Source: Parvicellaceae bacterium
Lineage (GTDB): Bacteria > Bacteroidota > Bacteroidia > Flavobacteriales_D > Parvicellaceae
NCBI GenBank assembly: GCA_045561415.1
Contig: JBJKXU010000038.1
Span: forward strand, 3,003 to 67,002
DNA: 64,000 bases
Reading direction: 5' to 3'
Shown here: positions 19,903 to 29,221 of the stretch, piece after piece
Numbering within the stretch: position 1 is the first letter of the stretch
Layout of the letters: each line of letters opens with the position of its first letter
The notes under the pieces: generated by a model
What the model saw: only the letters and a program-made list of their open reading frames with translations
What the model was told of the DNA's origin: nothing
The model's database searches: none
Program-made: the position numbers and the translations under genes

Positions 19903-21288
19903 ATGAAAACAATCAACCAACTTCTGCTTTTACTATTTATCACAATTTTCTCAAGCTGTACCATGTCTAAAGACATGAGTTACGAAGATGATATCTACAG
20001 TACAGACAATGGAGTTGTGTTTGCTGATTACACAGATGAAGAACAAAACAACAATGAACAAGAAGATTATTATGACTCACAATATGGAGACCTTTATGAA
20101 GATGAAAATTATAATTTCTCTGGAAATGGAAACACCAATTATGTAACCAATCACAATTATTATTCTGGTTACAATGGCTACAACTCAAACAGATGTTATT
20201 CTTCAAGATATAGATATAGTAATTGGTATGCTAACAACTGCAACTATTGCAACAGCTGTTACGGAAACAACTGGTACTCAAACAGCTATTTCAACTATGG
20301 AAACCCTTATAATAACTTCTATGGATATGGATTCGGATACGGAAACCCACATAACAACTTTTATTCTAACAATTACTATGGATATGGATTCGGAAACCCA
20401 TACAACAACTTTTATGCGAATAATTTCTACGGATATGGCTCTCCCTATAACAACAACTACTACATTAACAACTATTATGGAAATGTTTACGGAACTGGAT
20501 ATGGCTATGGCTATGGATCTGGGAACAACAATTCCTGGGGAAATGACAACAACAATAACAACAACACCTACAATGGGCACAATGGATCAATAAGCTCAAA
20601 TTCTTCAAACGGATCTGCTTACAACAACACCAATGAAGACAGCTATGCTATTGTTGTTTCTTCAACAAAAGATATACCATCAGTAAATAACAATGCTGGA
20701 ACAGACAATGGAGGCGGGAAACCTAACAACACACATACGTTATCTAGGTTAACCAATAAAGCGCCAATAGCTAATTCCAATAATAACATGAAGCCATCCA
20801 ATTCCGCTGTAAACAATACAAGGTCATCATGGTCAACTAAACCAACAAGAACAGCGAACAAACCAAACAACAATTACCGTTCTAGCGGAAGCTCAAATAG
20901 TTATAAGCCAAACAAACCAAATAACAATTACCGTTCTAGTGGAAGCTCGAATAGCTATAAGCCGAGCAAACCTAACAACAACTACCGTTCTAGCGGAAGC
21001 TCAAATAGCTATAAGCCAAATAAACCAAACAACAACTACCGTTCAAGCGGAAGCTCAAATAGCTATAAGCCAAATAAACCAAACAACAACTACCGTTCAA
21101 GCGGAAGCTCAAATAGCTATAAGCCGAGCAAACCAAACAACAATTACCGTTCTAGCGGAAGTTCGAACAGCCAAAAATCCAATAAAACATACCGTTCTAG
21201 TGGAAGCTCAAACAGTTATAAATCACCATCTAGGTCTAGCGCTAAGCCTTCCAGCCCAAGACCATCGACTAACTCTAAAAGAAGATGA
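19903..21288 (+). CDS. Low-complexity Asn/Tyr/Gly-rich lipoprotein with a basic C-terminal 18-aa tandem repeat
   Basis: The ATG at 19903 gives MKTINQLLLLLFITIFSSC, a lipobox. An acidic N-terminal segment is followed by a GNPYNNFYGYGFG-type degenerate repeat region (about 20299-20535). Then come six and a half copies of KPNNNYRSSGSSNSYKP[N/S]. The stop overlaps the next start (ATGA). Confidence 0.7.
   Translation: MKTINQLLLLLFITIFSSCTMSKDMSYEDDIYSTDNGVVFADYTDEEQNNNEQEDYYDSQYGDLYEDENYNFSGNGNTNYVTNHNYYSGYNGYNSNRCYSSRYRYSNWYANNCNYCNSCYGNNWYSNSYFNYGNPYNNFYGYGFGYGNPHNNFYSNNYYGYGFGNPYNNFYANNFYGYGSPYNNNYYINNYYGNVYGTGYGYGYGSGNNNSWGNDNNNNNNTYNGHNGSISSNSSNGSAYNNTNEDSYAIVVSSTKDIPSVNNNAGTDNGGGKPNNTHTLSRLTNKAPIANSNNNMKPSNSAVNNTRSSWSTKPTRTANKPNNNYRSSGSSNSYKPNKPNNNYRSSGSSNSYKPSKPNNNYRSSGSSNSYKPNKPNNNYRSSGSSNSYKPNKPNNNYRSSGSSNSYKPSKPNNNYRSSGSSNSQKSNKTYRSSGSSNSYKSPSRSSAKPSSPRPSTNSKRR
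20860..21228 (+). repeat. 54-bp coding tandem repeat, six full units plus one degenerate unit
   Basis: Units start at 20860, 20914, 20968, 21022, 21076 and 21130, with a partial unit at 21184. Units 4 and 5 are identical except for their last few bases. Confidence 0.9.
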
Positions 21289-22751
21289 AAAATATAGCTT
21301 TAAAATATAAGATACTTCCACTGCTTATTTTCATCATTTTTTCTATGAAGGCACAAAATGAAGAAGATGCGCTTAGATACAGCAACGTATTTTTTGGAGG
21401 AACCGCTCGTTATATGGGTGTTGGAGGAGCATTTGGAGCTTTAGGAGCCGATATCTCTGTCCTAAATATAAACCCAGCTGGAATGGCAAGATTTAAAAAA
21501 TCTGAAATTTCATTAACGCCAAATATCAGCCTTACCAATGCCAATTCAACTTTTGGTGGTAATTCAACAAGCTCTGGAAAGGAAAAGTTAAATGTTGGCA
21601 GCTTTGGGCTTGTTGGTGTTACTAAAAGGAAGCCAGAAAACAACAGCAAATGGGCTGCTGTTCAATTGGGGTTTTCCTACAACAGGCTAGCCGACTTTAA
21701 TGAACGTTTTCAGATAAGCGGGGATAATAATTATTCGATGTCTCATGTTTTTGCACTAAGGTCAAATAATTACAGTCCTGATCAACTTTCAGATGCAGAC
21801 CCATTTTACGGTGAACTTGCCTATCAAACCTATATTACAGACTTTGACACCAATACCAATAGCTACCAATCAAGGATGAATAGTCAACTAATTAATCACG
21901 ACCATGATGTAACAAGAAGAGGTCGGGTTGGAGAATACGCCTTGGCGATGGCTGGAAACTACAATCAAAAGCTATATATAGGTGCATCAATTGGATTACC
22001 AAAAGTAGTTTTTGAAGAAACCAAACAACACACCGAGCTAGAAGTTCAAGACACCTCTGAGTTCACCCACGGTTTTACATTTAACGAATACCAACTTACG
22101 ACAGGAAATGGAATAAATGGGAAAATTGGATTAATATATCTACCATTAAAATGGCTAAGGTTTGGTGTAGCTTTACATACAGGAACTTATTACAACTTAA
22201 ATGATTACTGGAACACAAGCATGAGTTCTGTCGTATCAACAAATGAGAGCTACAATTCCTCTTCAATAAACGGGATTTACAATTACAAACTTAGAACCCC
22301 TTCTAAACTAATAACTAGTGCTTCAATTGTTATTGCTAAAGCAGCTCTGATTAGTGTTGACTACTCAAGAATAGATCATTCATTATCTAGACTTAGCCCG
22401 AATACTTTCTATGGAGATAATTACAACTTTGAAAATGAAAACAACGCCATAGACAGCAATTATAACATAACCAATAACCTTCAGGTTGGGGCAGAAATTA
22501 AACTTGGTAAATTTTACCTTCTTAGAGCAGGTTTTGCCAATTTCCAAAGTCCTAATAATGAAAACACTTTAAATAGGATTGCCTACAGCGCAGGGGTGGG
22601 GTATAGAAATAAAAAATACTTTATTGATCTAGGCTGCAGATATTCTTTCTGGAAAGACAATTATTACATGTATGATCCTGCAATAATTGAAAACTCATCT
22701 ACAGAAAATTCAATGCTTAACATTTCGGTTACTGTTGGAATGAAATGGTAA
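21285..22751 (+). CDS. FadL/PorV-superfamily-like outer-membrane beta-barrel protein
   Basis: Has a signal peptide ending MKAQ. GGTARYMGVGGAFGALGADISVLNINPAGMARF resembles the FadL/TodX/PorV N-terminal motif. Beta-strand periodicity is visible throughout, and the C-terminal residue is aromatic (...VTVGMKW). Confidence 0.6.
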   Translation: MKNIALKYKILPLLIFIIFSMKAQNEEDALRYSNVFFGGTARYMGVGGAFGALGADISVLNINPAGMARFKKSEISLTPNISLTNANSTFGGNSTSSGKEKLNVGSFGLVGVTKRKPENNSKWAAVQLGFSYNRLADFNERFQISGDNNYSMSHVFALRSNNYSPDQLSDADPFYGELAYQTYITDFDTNTNSYQSRMNSQLINHDHDVTRRGRVGEYALAMAGNYNQKLYIGASIGLPKVVFEETKQHTELEVQDTSEFTHGFTFNEYQLTTGNGINGKIGLIYLPLKWLRFGVALHTGTYYNLNDYWNTSMSSVVSTNESYNSSSINGIYNYKLRTPSKLITSASIVIAKAALISVDYSRIDHSLSRLSPNTFYGDNYNFENENNAIDSNYNITNNLQVGAEIKLGKFYLLRAGFANFQSPNNENTLNRIAYSAGVGYRNKKYFIDLGCRYSFWKDNYYMYDPAIIENSSTENSMLNISVTVGMKW

Positions 22752-22753
22752 TA

Positions 22754-22781
22754 AAAAAGGGAGCAATGCTCCCTTTTTTTA
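22754..22781. terminator. Bidirectional intrinsic terminator between convergent genes
   Basis: AAAAAA-GGGAGC-AAT-GCTCCC-TTTTTTT: a perfect 6-bp GC-rich stem flanked by A and T runs. Confidence 0.7.
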
Positions 22782-22806
22782 TTGTTAACTATTTTTTTGA
22801 TATGCT

Positions 22807-23592
22807 TTATTTTAAAAGCTTATCTATTTTTTTGTTGATTTTATCAGATTGCTGAACGGCAAGTTCTGCATCTACGAGAATTCTTCCACTATGCTCATCT
22901 ACAATGATCTTTTTTCTTGCAGCAATATCTAGTTGCATTTGTGGTGGAATTTTTATGAAAGAACCTCCAGAAGCACCTCTTTCTACAGGAACAACTGCTA
23001 AACCATTTTTAGCTGCTCCACGAATTCTTTTGTAAGCTCTTAAATATCTTTCTTCTACAGACTTACCTGCCTTTTCAGATTCTTTAACAAGAATTTCTTC
23101 TTCCTTCTCCGTTTCAGAAATGATTTCTTTAAGTTCAGTTTTCTTAAGATCTAACGCTTCTTTTTTCTGATTGTATAACTCTTTAGCCTCTTCTAAAGTT
23201 TCTTTTTTGCTTTCAATCTTAAACTTAAACTCTTTAATTCTTTTTTCAGCCAGTTGCATTTCTAAATCTTGATACTCAACCTCCTTGTTTAAAGAATCAT
23301 ATTCTCTATTGTTTCTAACCTTATTCTGTTGATCTGCATATTTTTTAATTGCTTCTTTAGCTTCAGCAATTGTATTTTTCTTATCTGCAATTGATTTTTC
23401 AAAACCTTCAAGATCAGCTTCAATTTTTTCAACTCTTCCAGACAAACCAGTAAGTTCGTCTTCTAATCCCTGAACTTCCAAAGGAAGCTCACCCCTAACT
23501 TCTCTCATTTTATCAATTTTTGAATCAATAACCTGAAGATTATAAAGTGCTCTTAATGTTTCTTCTGGGGATACTTTTTTTGTTTTTGCCAT
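22807..23592 (-). CDS. COG1579-type coiled-coil protein with a degenerate (Cys-less) C-terminal zinc-ribbon
   Basis: Long Glu/Lys-rich coiled coil and conserved tail GLAVVPVERGASGGSFIKIPPQMQLDIAARKKIIVDEHSGRILVD. It sits directly downstream of the Nif3 gene, which is conserved synteny. Confidence 0.75.
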   Translation of the reverse strand: MAKTKKVSPEETLRALYNLQVIDSKIDKMREVRGELPLEVQGLEDELTGLSGRVEKIEADLEGFEKSIADKKNTIAEAKEAIKKYADQQNKVRNNREYDSLNKEVEYQDLEMQLAEKRIKEFKFKIESKKETLEEAKELYNQKKEALDLKKTELKEIISETEKEEEILVKESEKAGKSVEERYLRAYKRIRGAAKNGLAVVPVERGASGGSFIKIPPQMQLDIAARKKIIVDEHSGRILVDAELAVQQSDKINKKIDKLLK

Positions 23593-23593
23593 T

Positions 23594-24685
23594 TTATAAA
23601 TAATTAATCGGATTTGTGTTCACACCCGTTAAACGGACTGCAAAATTAGAAAAATTTTTCTTTAATCCTTCAGTAATTAGGTCAATTGTATATTGTTCAC
23701 TTTCAAAATGTCCAATATCTGCTATAATTAACCTGTTATTAGCATCAAAAAATTCGTGATACTTGAAATCTGAAGTTATAAAAATATCTGCATTCTGCTG
23801 TATAGCATTACTAAGAAGGAAACTTCCAGATCCTCCGCATACAGCAACTTTTTTAATTTTTTCTTTACAAACCGAGGTATACCTCACCACACCTGCTTTC
23901 ATTTTAGACTTCACCTGTTTCAAAAAATCAATTGAATTTATTTCACTTTCTAATTCCCCTATAATACCAGATCCAACATTGAAGGTGTTTTCAAGTGAGT
24001 AAATGTCATATGCTACCTCTTCGTATGGATGAGAACTAATCATCTCTTTTAAAGCGCTATCAAGATTTGGTCTAGGAATTATAACTTCTACTTTTACTTC
24101 CTTTTCTTTATGAATTTCACCCACATTACCTACATAAGGATTTGCTCCTGCTTTTGCTTGAAATGTACCCTCACCTTTCGCATTGAAACTACAATTGGAG
24201 TAATCTCCAATATTTCCTGCACCACACCTAAAAAGAACATCCCGAATTTGAGCTGATGCATCCTCAGGACAGAAAACAACAAGCTTCACCAGTAAATTGG
24301 ATTTTGGATTTAAAATTTTCCTGTTGACCAAACCCAATTGATCTGCAATTCTACCATTAACACCATCAATAACATTGTCTAAATTCGTATGAATAGCAAA
24401 AATATTAATGTCATTTTTAATGGCTTTAATTATTGCTTTTTCAGCGTAATTTTTTCCATTAATCTTTTTTAGACCAGAAAAAATTATTGGATGATGAGCC
24501 ACAATGAGGTTACAATTTAAATCAATAGCCTCCTGCACTACTTCTTCTGTAGAGTCCAAGCAAACCAGCACCCCATTAACAGTTGAAGAAGATTGACCAA
24601 CAATTAAACCTGCATTATCGTAATTCTCTTGAAATTGACGTGGAGCTATGGAGTCTAAATAATTTATTACATCTTTAACCTTCAT
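23594..24685 (-). CDS. Nif3-like dinuclear metal centre protein (GTP cyclohydrolase 1 type 2 family)
   Basis: The ATG at 24685 gives MKVKDVINYLDSIAP. IVAHHPIIFSG and the C-terminal ITSDFKYHEF...HFESE motifs are present, with an inserted PII-like domain. Confidence 0.9.
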   Translation of the reverse strand: MKVKDVINYLDSIAPRQFQENYDNAGLIVGQSSSTVNGVLVCLDSTEEVVQEAIDLNCNLIVAHHPIIFSGLKKINGKNYAEKAIIKAIKNDINIFAIHTNLDNVIDGVNGRIADQLGLVNRKILNPKSNLLVKLVVFCPEDASAQIRDVLFRCGAGNIGDYSNCSFNAKGEGTFQAKAGANPYVGNVGEIHKEKEVKVEVIIPRPNLDSALKEMISSHPYEEVAYDIYSLENTFNVGSGIIGELESEINSIDFLKQVKSKMKAGVVRYTSVCKEKIKKVAVCGGSGSFLLSNAIQQNADIFITSDFKYHEFFDANNRLIIADIGHFESEQYTIDLITEGLKKNFSNFAVRLTGVNTNPINYL

Positions 24686-24713
24686 ATGTTTATTTTTGAA
24701 CCAAATATACACA

Positions 24714-25748
24714 ATGAACGCATTGAGATTTATATTGTTTCCATTTGCAACTCTTTATTGGTTAATAACTAGCTTTAGAAACTTTCTTTTTAATAGAAGA
24801 ATACTAAAATCCAACTCTTTTGACCTGCCTGTTGTTTGTATTGGAAATTTATCCATGGGTGGAACGGGTAAAACTCCGCATTGTGAGTACCTGATAACTC
24901 AGCTAAAAGAAGATTACAACACCGCATTGTTAAGCAGGGGATATGGAAGAAAAACCAATGAATTCATCGAAGTTGAGGTTACTCATCAAGCATGGCAAGT
25001 AGGCGATGAACCGTTACAAATAAAAAATAAATTTCCAGCTTTAACAGTCGCAGTAGATAGAAAAAGAGTAAACGGAGTAATTAATCTACTTTATAATTAT
25101 CCCAATAAAGATGTTATTCTGCTAGATGATGCTTTTCAGCATCGAGCGATAAAAGCAGGATTTAATATACTACTAACAAAATTTAACGCTCCATTCAACA
25201 GCGACTACATTTTCCCTGTTGGCAACTTAAGAGAGGCTAGAAAAGGGCACCAAAGAGCTGATGTAATTATAATTACAAAGTGTCCTAAATCAATTACTAA
25301 AGATCAAATGGATTCTATTTCTTCAGAAATCTCAAAAACAATTCCAGTTTATTTTACAAAAATAAATTACGGAGAAACTCAATCAATTTTTGACAATTCA
25401 AAAATCCAACTAGATTCGGCTTCAAAAGTCTTATTAATTACAGGAATTGCCGATCACAGCAGCATCACAAAAAAACTAAATAATGAAGAAATTAAATTTA
25501 AACATTTAGCATTTAGAGACCATTACCCATTCTCTGAAAAAGATGCTGACAAGGTTTCTGAAATATTTGATAAATTTGCTACAAACAATAAAATCATATT
25601 AACTACGGAAAAAGACGCCATGAGGCTTAAAAATATTGAAGCTTTTAAAAAGCTTCCTATTTATTTTATCCCTATTAAAATTGAATTTATAGCAAAGGAA
25701 AAAGAATTTCATCATCAACTTTTAACATATGTTAGCAACAATAAATAA
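24714..25748 (+). CDS. lpxK: Tetraacyldisaccharide 4'-kinase
   Basis: The ATG at 24714 gives MNALRFILFPFATLYW. P-loop GNLSMGGTGKTP and LLDDAFQHR are present. Confidence 0.9.
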   Translation: MNALRFILFPFATLYWLITSFRNFLFNRRILKSNSFDLPVVCIGNLSMGGTGKTPHCEYLITQLKEDYNTALLSRGYGRKTNEFIEVEVTHQAWQVGDEPLQIKNKFPALTVAVDRKRVNGVINLLYNYPNKDVILLDDAFQHRAIKAGFNILLTKFNAPFNSDYIFPVGNLREARKGHQRADVIIITKCPKSITKDQMDSISSEISKTIPVYFTKINYGETQSIFDNSKIQLDSASKVLLITGIADHSSITKKLNNEEIKFKHLAFRDHYPFSEKDADKVSEIFDKFATNNKIILTTEKDAMRLKNIEAFKKLPIYFIPIKIEFIAKEKEFHHQLLTYVSNNK

Positions 25749-26541
25749 TACGGCAAATTTCATTAAAGAAAAAACTAATTTCTCGCCTGAAATTGGAATA
25801 ATACTTGGCACTGGTCTTGGAGGGCTAGTTAACGAAATTGAAGCAGACCACATTCTTTCTTATGAAGAGATTCCCAACTTCCCAGTTTCAACTGTTGAAG
25901 GGCACAGCGGAAAATTAATATTTGGAACTCTAGGAGGCAAAAAAGTAATTGCCCTTCAAGGAAGATTTCACTTCTATGAAGGATATTCTATGAACGAAGT
26001 TGTATTTCCCGTTAGAGTAATGAAGTATTTGGGAATAAAAAAACTTATTGTAAGTAATGCATGTGGAGGAGTTAATCCGTCATTTGAAATTGGAGATATC
26101 ATGGTAATCACCGACCACATTAATCTTTTCCCTACAAACCCATTAATTGGACCTAACATTAATGAATTAGGCCCAAGATTTCCAGACATGAGCGAAGCAT
26201 ATTCAAAAAAACTAATTCAACTAGCTGAAGAGATTGCTCATGAAAACAAAATAGACCTTGTAAGAGGAGTCTATGCTGGATTAACGGGGCCAACTTTAGA
26301 AACTCCTGCAGAATATTTTTACACCAGAGCAATTGGGGCTGATGCAGTTGGAATGAGCACAGTTCCAGAAGTTATTGCTGCAAGACACATGTCTATTCCT
26401 TGTTTTGGATTTTCTGTTATCACTGACTTAGGAGTCCCAGGAAGGATAGTTGAAGTCACCCATGAAGAGGTTCAAAAAGTAGCTGCAAAAGCTGAAAAAA
26501 AGCTCACCGTTATTATTAAAAAAATGTTAGCTAGAATTTAA
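25729..26541 (+). CDS. Purine nucleoside phosphorylase (trimeric PunA type)
   Basis: Contains ILGTGLGGL, GRFHFYEGY and VGMSTVPEV. It overlaps the lpxK end by 20 nt. Confidence 0.9.
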   Translation: MLATINNTANFIKEKTNFSPEIGIILGTGLGGLVNEIEADHILSYEEIPNFPVSTVEGHSGKLIFGTLGGKKVIALQGRFHFYEGYSMNEVVFPVRVMKYLGIKKLIVSNACGGVNPSFEIGDIMVITDHINLFPTNPLIGPNINELGPRFPDMSEAYSKKLIQLAEEIAHENKIDLVRGVYAGLTGPTLETPAEYFYTRAIGADAVGMSTVPEVIAARHMSIPCFGFSVITDLGVPGRIVEVTHEEVQKVAAKAEKKLTVIIKKMLARI

Positions 26542-26544
26542 CCA

Positions 26545-28005
26545 ATGGATTTATCAGAAGTATTAAAAAAATATGAGCCTGTAATAGGGATCGAAATTCA
26601 TGCTCAACTTAAAACTAAAAGCAAAGCTTTTTGTAGTGATATTAATGAATATGGGGGAACACCAAACACACAAGTCTCTCCTATATCTTTAGGGCATCCT
26701 GGAACACTTCCAAGATTCAATAAAGAAGTGGTGAAATTTGCCATTAAAATGGGAATTGCTTGTAAAGCAGATATTACAGAAGCAATGCATTTTGATAGGA
26801 AAAATTATTTCTATGCAGATTTACCTAAAGGATATCAAATAACACAAGATAAAACTCCAATTTGCAGAGGAGGTGAAATCCATATAAAAAATGACCTAGG
26901 AGCTGAAAAAAAAATTGAGCTTACTCGAATTCATATGGAAGAAGACTCTGGAAAAAGCATTCACGACCAAGATCCTTTTAATTCACTAATTGATTTAAAT
27001 AGAGCTGGTGTTCCTCTTATAGAAATTGTTACTGAACCTGTTTTAAAATCTGGAAAAGAAGCATACAATTATGTAACAGAAATGAGAAAGCTTCTTCGTT
27101 ATTTGGACATTTGTGATGGAAATATGGAGGAAGGAAGCATGCGTTGCGATGTAAACATTTCCATTATGCCTAAGGGTTCTACTGAATTCGGACAACGGGT
27201 TGAAATTAAAAACCTTAACTCCATAAGAAATGTTCAACGGTCTATCGATTTTGAAATTTGCAGACATGCTGAAATTTTAAACAATGGCGGGGCAATAGCC
27301 CAAGAAACAAGGAATTTTGACGCCTCTTCTGGAGAAACTATTGGGATGAGGCTTAAAGAATCTGCTCATGATTACCGCTACTTTCCTGAGCCAGATCTTA
27401 CGGCACTTCATGTATCTCAAGAATACATTAATCAAGTGAAAAAATCACTACCTCCTCTTCCAAATGAATTATATAAAAAATACCATTTAAAACTTGGCCT
27501 TTCCGATTATGACGCCACCAATTTAACAGAGAATAAAGATATAGCTTTATATTACGAAGACATGATTGAACTCACAACAAACTATAAAGCAGCAGCTAAT
27601 TGGATCATGGGTGATGTTAAATCTTACTTGAACCAAACGGCAACATCCATTTCGGAATTTCCCATACCTGCGAAAAATTTAGTAGCTGTAATTAAAATGA
27701 TTGAAACGGGGACAATAAGCAACACTTTAGCTAGTCAAAAGTTATTTCCTGAAATGATAAAAACCCCATCAATTCAACCAATTGAAATAGCTGAAAAAAA
27801 TAATTGGACATCTAAAAATGACTCCAATGAGCTAGAATCTATAATTATGGCTATCTTCAATGAAAATCCAGATGAAACTGCAAGATTTAAAAATGGAGAA
27901 AAAAAACTGACTGGTTTTTTCATGGGTAAAATCATGAAAGCATCTAAAGGCACTGCAGATCCTAAAACATCAGCTAAATTAATCAACCAACTTATTAATA
28001 AATGA
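26545..28005 (+). CDS. gatB: Asp-tRNA(Asn)/Glu-tRNA(Gln) amidotransferase subunit B
   Basis: Contains IGIEIHAQL, LNRAGVPLIEIVTEP and a C-terminal YqeY-like tail. Length is 486 aa. Confidence 0.95.
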   Translation: MDLSEVLKKYEPVIGIEIHAQLKTKSKAFCSDINEYGGTPNTQVSPISLGHPGTLPRFNKEVVKFAIKMGIACKADITEAMHFDRKNYFYADLPKGYQITQDKTPICRGGEIHIKNDLGAEKKIELTRIHMEEDSGKSIHDQDPFNSLIDLNRAGVPLIEIVTEPVLKSGKEAYNYVTEMRKLLRYLDICDGNMEEGSMRCDVNISIMPKGSTEFGQRVEIKNLNSIRNVQRSIDFEICRHAEILNNGGAIAQETRNFDASSGETIGMRLKESAHDYRYFPEPDLTALHVSQEYINQVKKSLPPLPNELYKKYHLKLGLSDYDATNLTENKDIALYYEDMIELTTNYKAAANWIMGDVKSYLNQTATSISEFPIPAKNLVAVIKMIETGTISNTLASQKLFPEMIKTPSIQPIEIAEKNNWTSKNDSNELESIIMAIFNENPDETARFKNGEKKLTGFFMGKIMKASKGTADPKTSAKLINQLINK

Positions 28006-29219
28006 AAATCACCCCTTTAATTATTTGCATATCGCTGTTGTGTTCTTGCAATACTAAAGAAGAACTTAGCGAAGAAGTTTCTAGTAATGAACAATCAGAA
28101 ACTATTAAAAACGACCATATTGTAATCAACGCATCCATTAACAATGCTAATGGAGTAATGTATTATCTCTATAACTTAGGAGCTCAACAACCACAGATTC
28201 TTGACTCCATAACGGTAACAAATAATCAAGCTGAATTCGATGTTACACCAAAAGACAATCACACCATTTTAGGCTTAGGAAGCTCTCAAAAAAATCTAAT
28301 GCTTTTTATAGGTCAAAAACAAGACAGCATCAGCATTACAGCCAATCATTCCGATGCGTTTGCTGATTTTAACATTGAAGGTTCTGAAAGCTCTTTAATT
28401 CTAAAACAATACTTTTTTGATAGACTAAATATAATTAACCAACTTAACGAAACACAAAATAAACTTCAAGCACTTCCATTTGAAAAACAAATTGAACGAG
28501 AAAATTTAATCTTAGAAAGTCAAGTTATTAAAAATGCCTTCAACAAATTAAAAACAGATTTTATTCTTAACAATAAAAACTCACCGGCAATTTTCCTTGC
28601 GCTATATGATATTTCCGACCCCGTTACAGAGTACGACATGTTGGAGGTAATTGCTGAATCAATATCCAATAACTTCTCCAATACTGTTTTTCAACAACAA
28701 GCTATAATGAGAATAAACAAAGCCAAGCAGCAAATTGCCATGATTGAGCAACAAAGCGCAATGCAAGAACAACAAAAAAATGCAATGAAAAATGCTGGGC
28801 TTTTTGTTGGTGGCAATGCTCCCGAACTAACCTATTCTGGTGTAAATGGAGAGTCCATATCTCTTTCTAGCTTGAAAGGAAAAGTAGTTTTATTGGACTT
28901 TTGGGCTTCATGGTGCGGTCCATGTAGAAAAGAAAATCCTTTTGTTGTGAACCTATACAATAAATATAAAAATAGGGGGTTTGATATTTACAGCTTTTCT
29001 TTAGACAACAACAAAGAAAAATGGATACAAGCTATTAACCAAGACCAACTTAGTTGGAAAAATCATGTGAGCGATCTTAAAGGTTGGCAATCTGCTGGAG
29101 CCGCTAAATACATGATTAAAAGCATTCCTCAGACTTTCATAATTGATAGGAAAGGTAAAATAGCAGAAATAGGATTAAGAGGAGCTGAATTAGAACAAAA
29201 AATACTTGAATTATTATAA
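28002..29219 (+). CDS. TlpA-family thiol:disulfide oxidoreductase lipoprotein (DUF4369-like N-domain + thioredoxin fold)
   Basis: Lipobox LLCSC. Active site DFWASWCGPCRKENP. A Gln-rich linker is present. ATGA overlap with gatB. Confidence 0.8.
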   Translation: MKITPLIICISLLCSCNTKEELSEEVSSNEQSETIKNDHIVINASINNANGVMYYLYNLGAQQPQILDSITVTNNQAEFDVTPKDNHTILGLGSSQKNLMLFIGQKQDSISITANHSDAFADFNIEGSESSLILKQYFFDRLNIINQLNETQNKLQALPFEKQIERENLILESQVIKNAFNKLKTDFILNNKNSPAIFLALYDISDPVTEYDMLEVIAESISNNFSNTVFQQQAIMRINKAKQQIAMIEQQSAMQEQQKNAMKNAGLFVGGNAPELTYSGVNGESISLSSLKGKVVLLDFWASWCGPCRKENPFVVNLYNKYKNRGFDIYSFSLDNNKEKWIQAINQDQLSWKNHVSDLKGWQSAGAAKYMIKSIPQTFIIDRKGKIAEIGLRGAELEQKILELL

Positions 29220-29221
29220 AA

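Noticed and set aside
20860-21228. The regularly spaced direct repeats as a CRISPR array.
   Set aside because: The units are contiguous with no spacers, in frame within a coding sequence, and there are no cas genes in the window.
19967-21310. Five additional ORFs overlapping the repeat lipoprotein gene on both strands: 19967-20206(-), 20174-20593(+), 20278-20580(-), 20643-20873(-) and 20939-21310(+).
   Set aside because: They are shadow ORFs created by AAC/TAC/GGA-rich low-complexity sequence that is nearly stop-free in several frames. Only the 19903-21288 frame has a lipoprotein signal and a coherent repeat structure coupled to the next gene.
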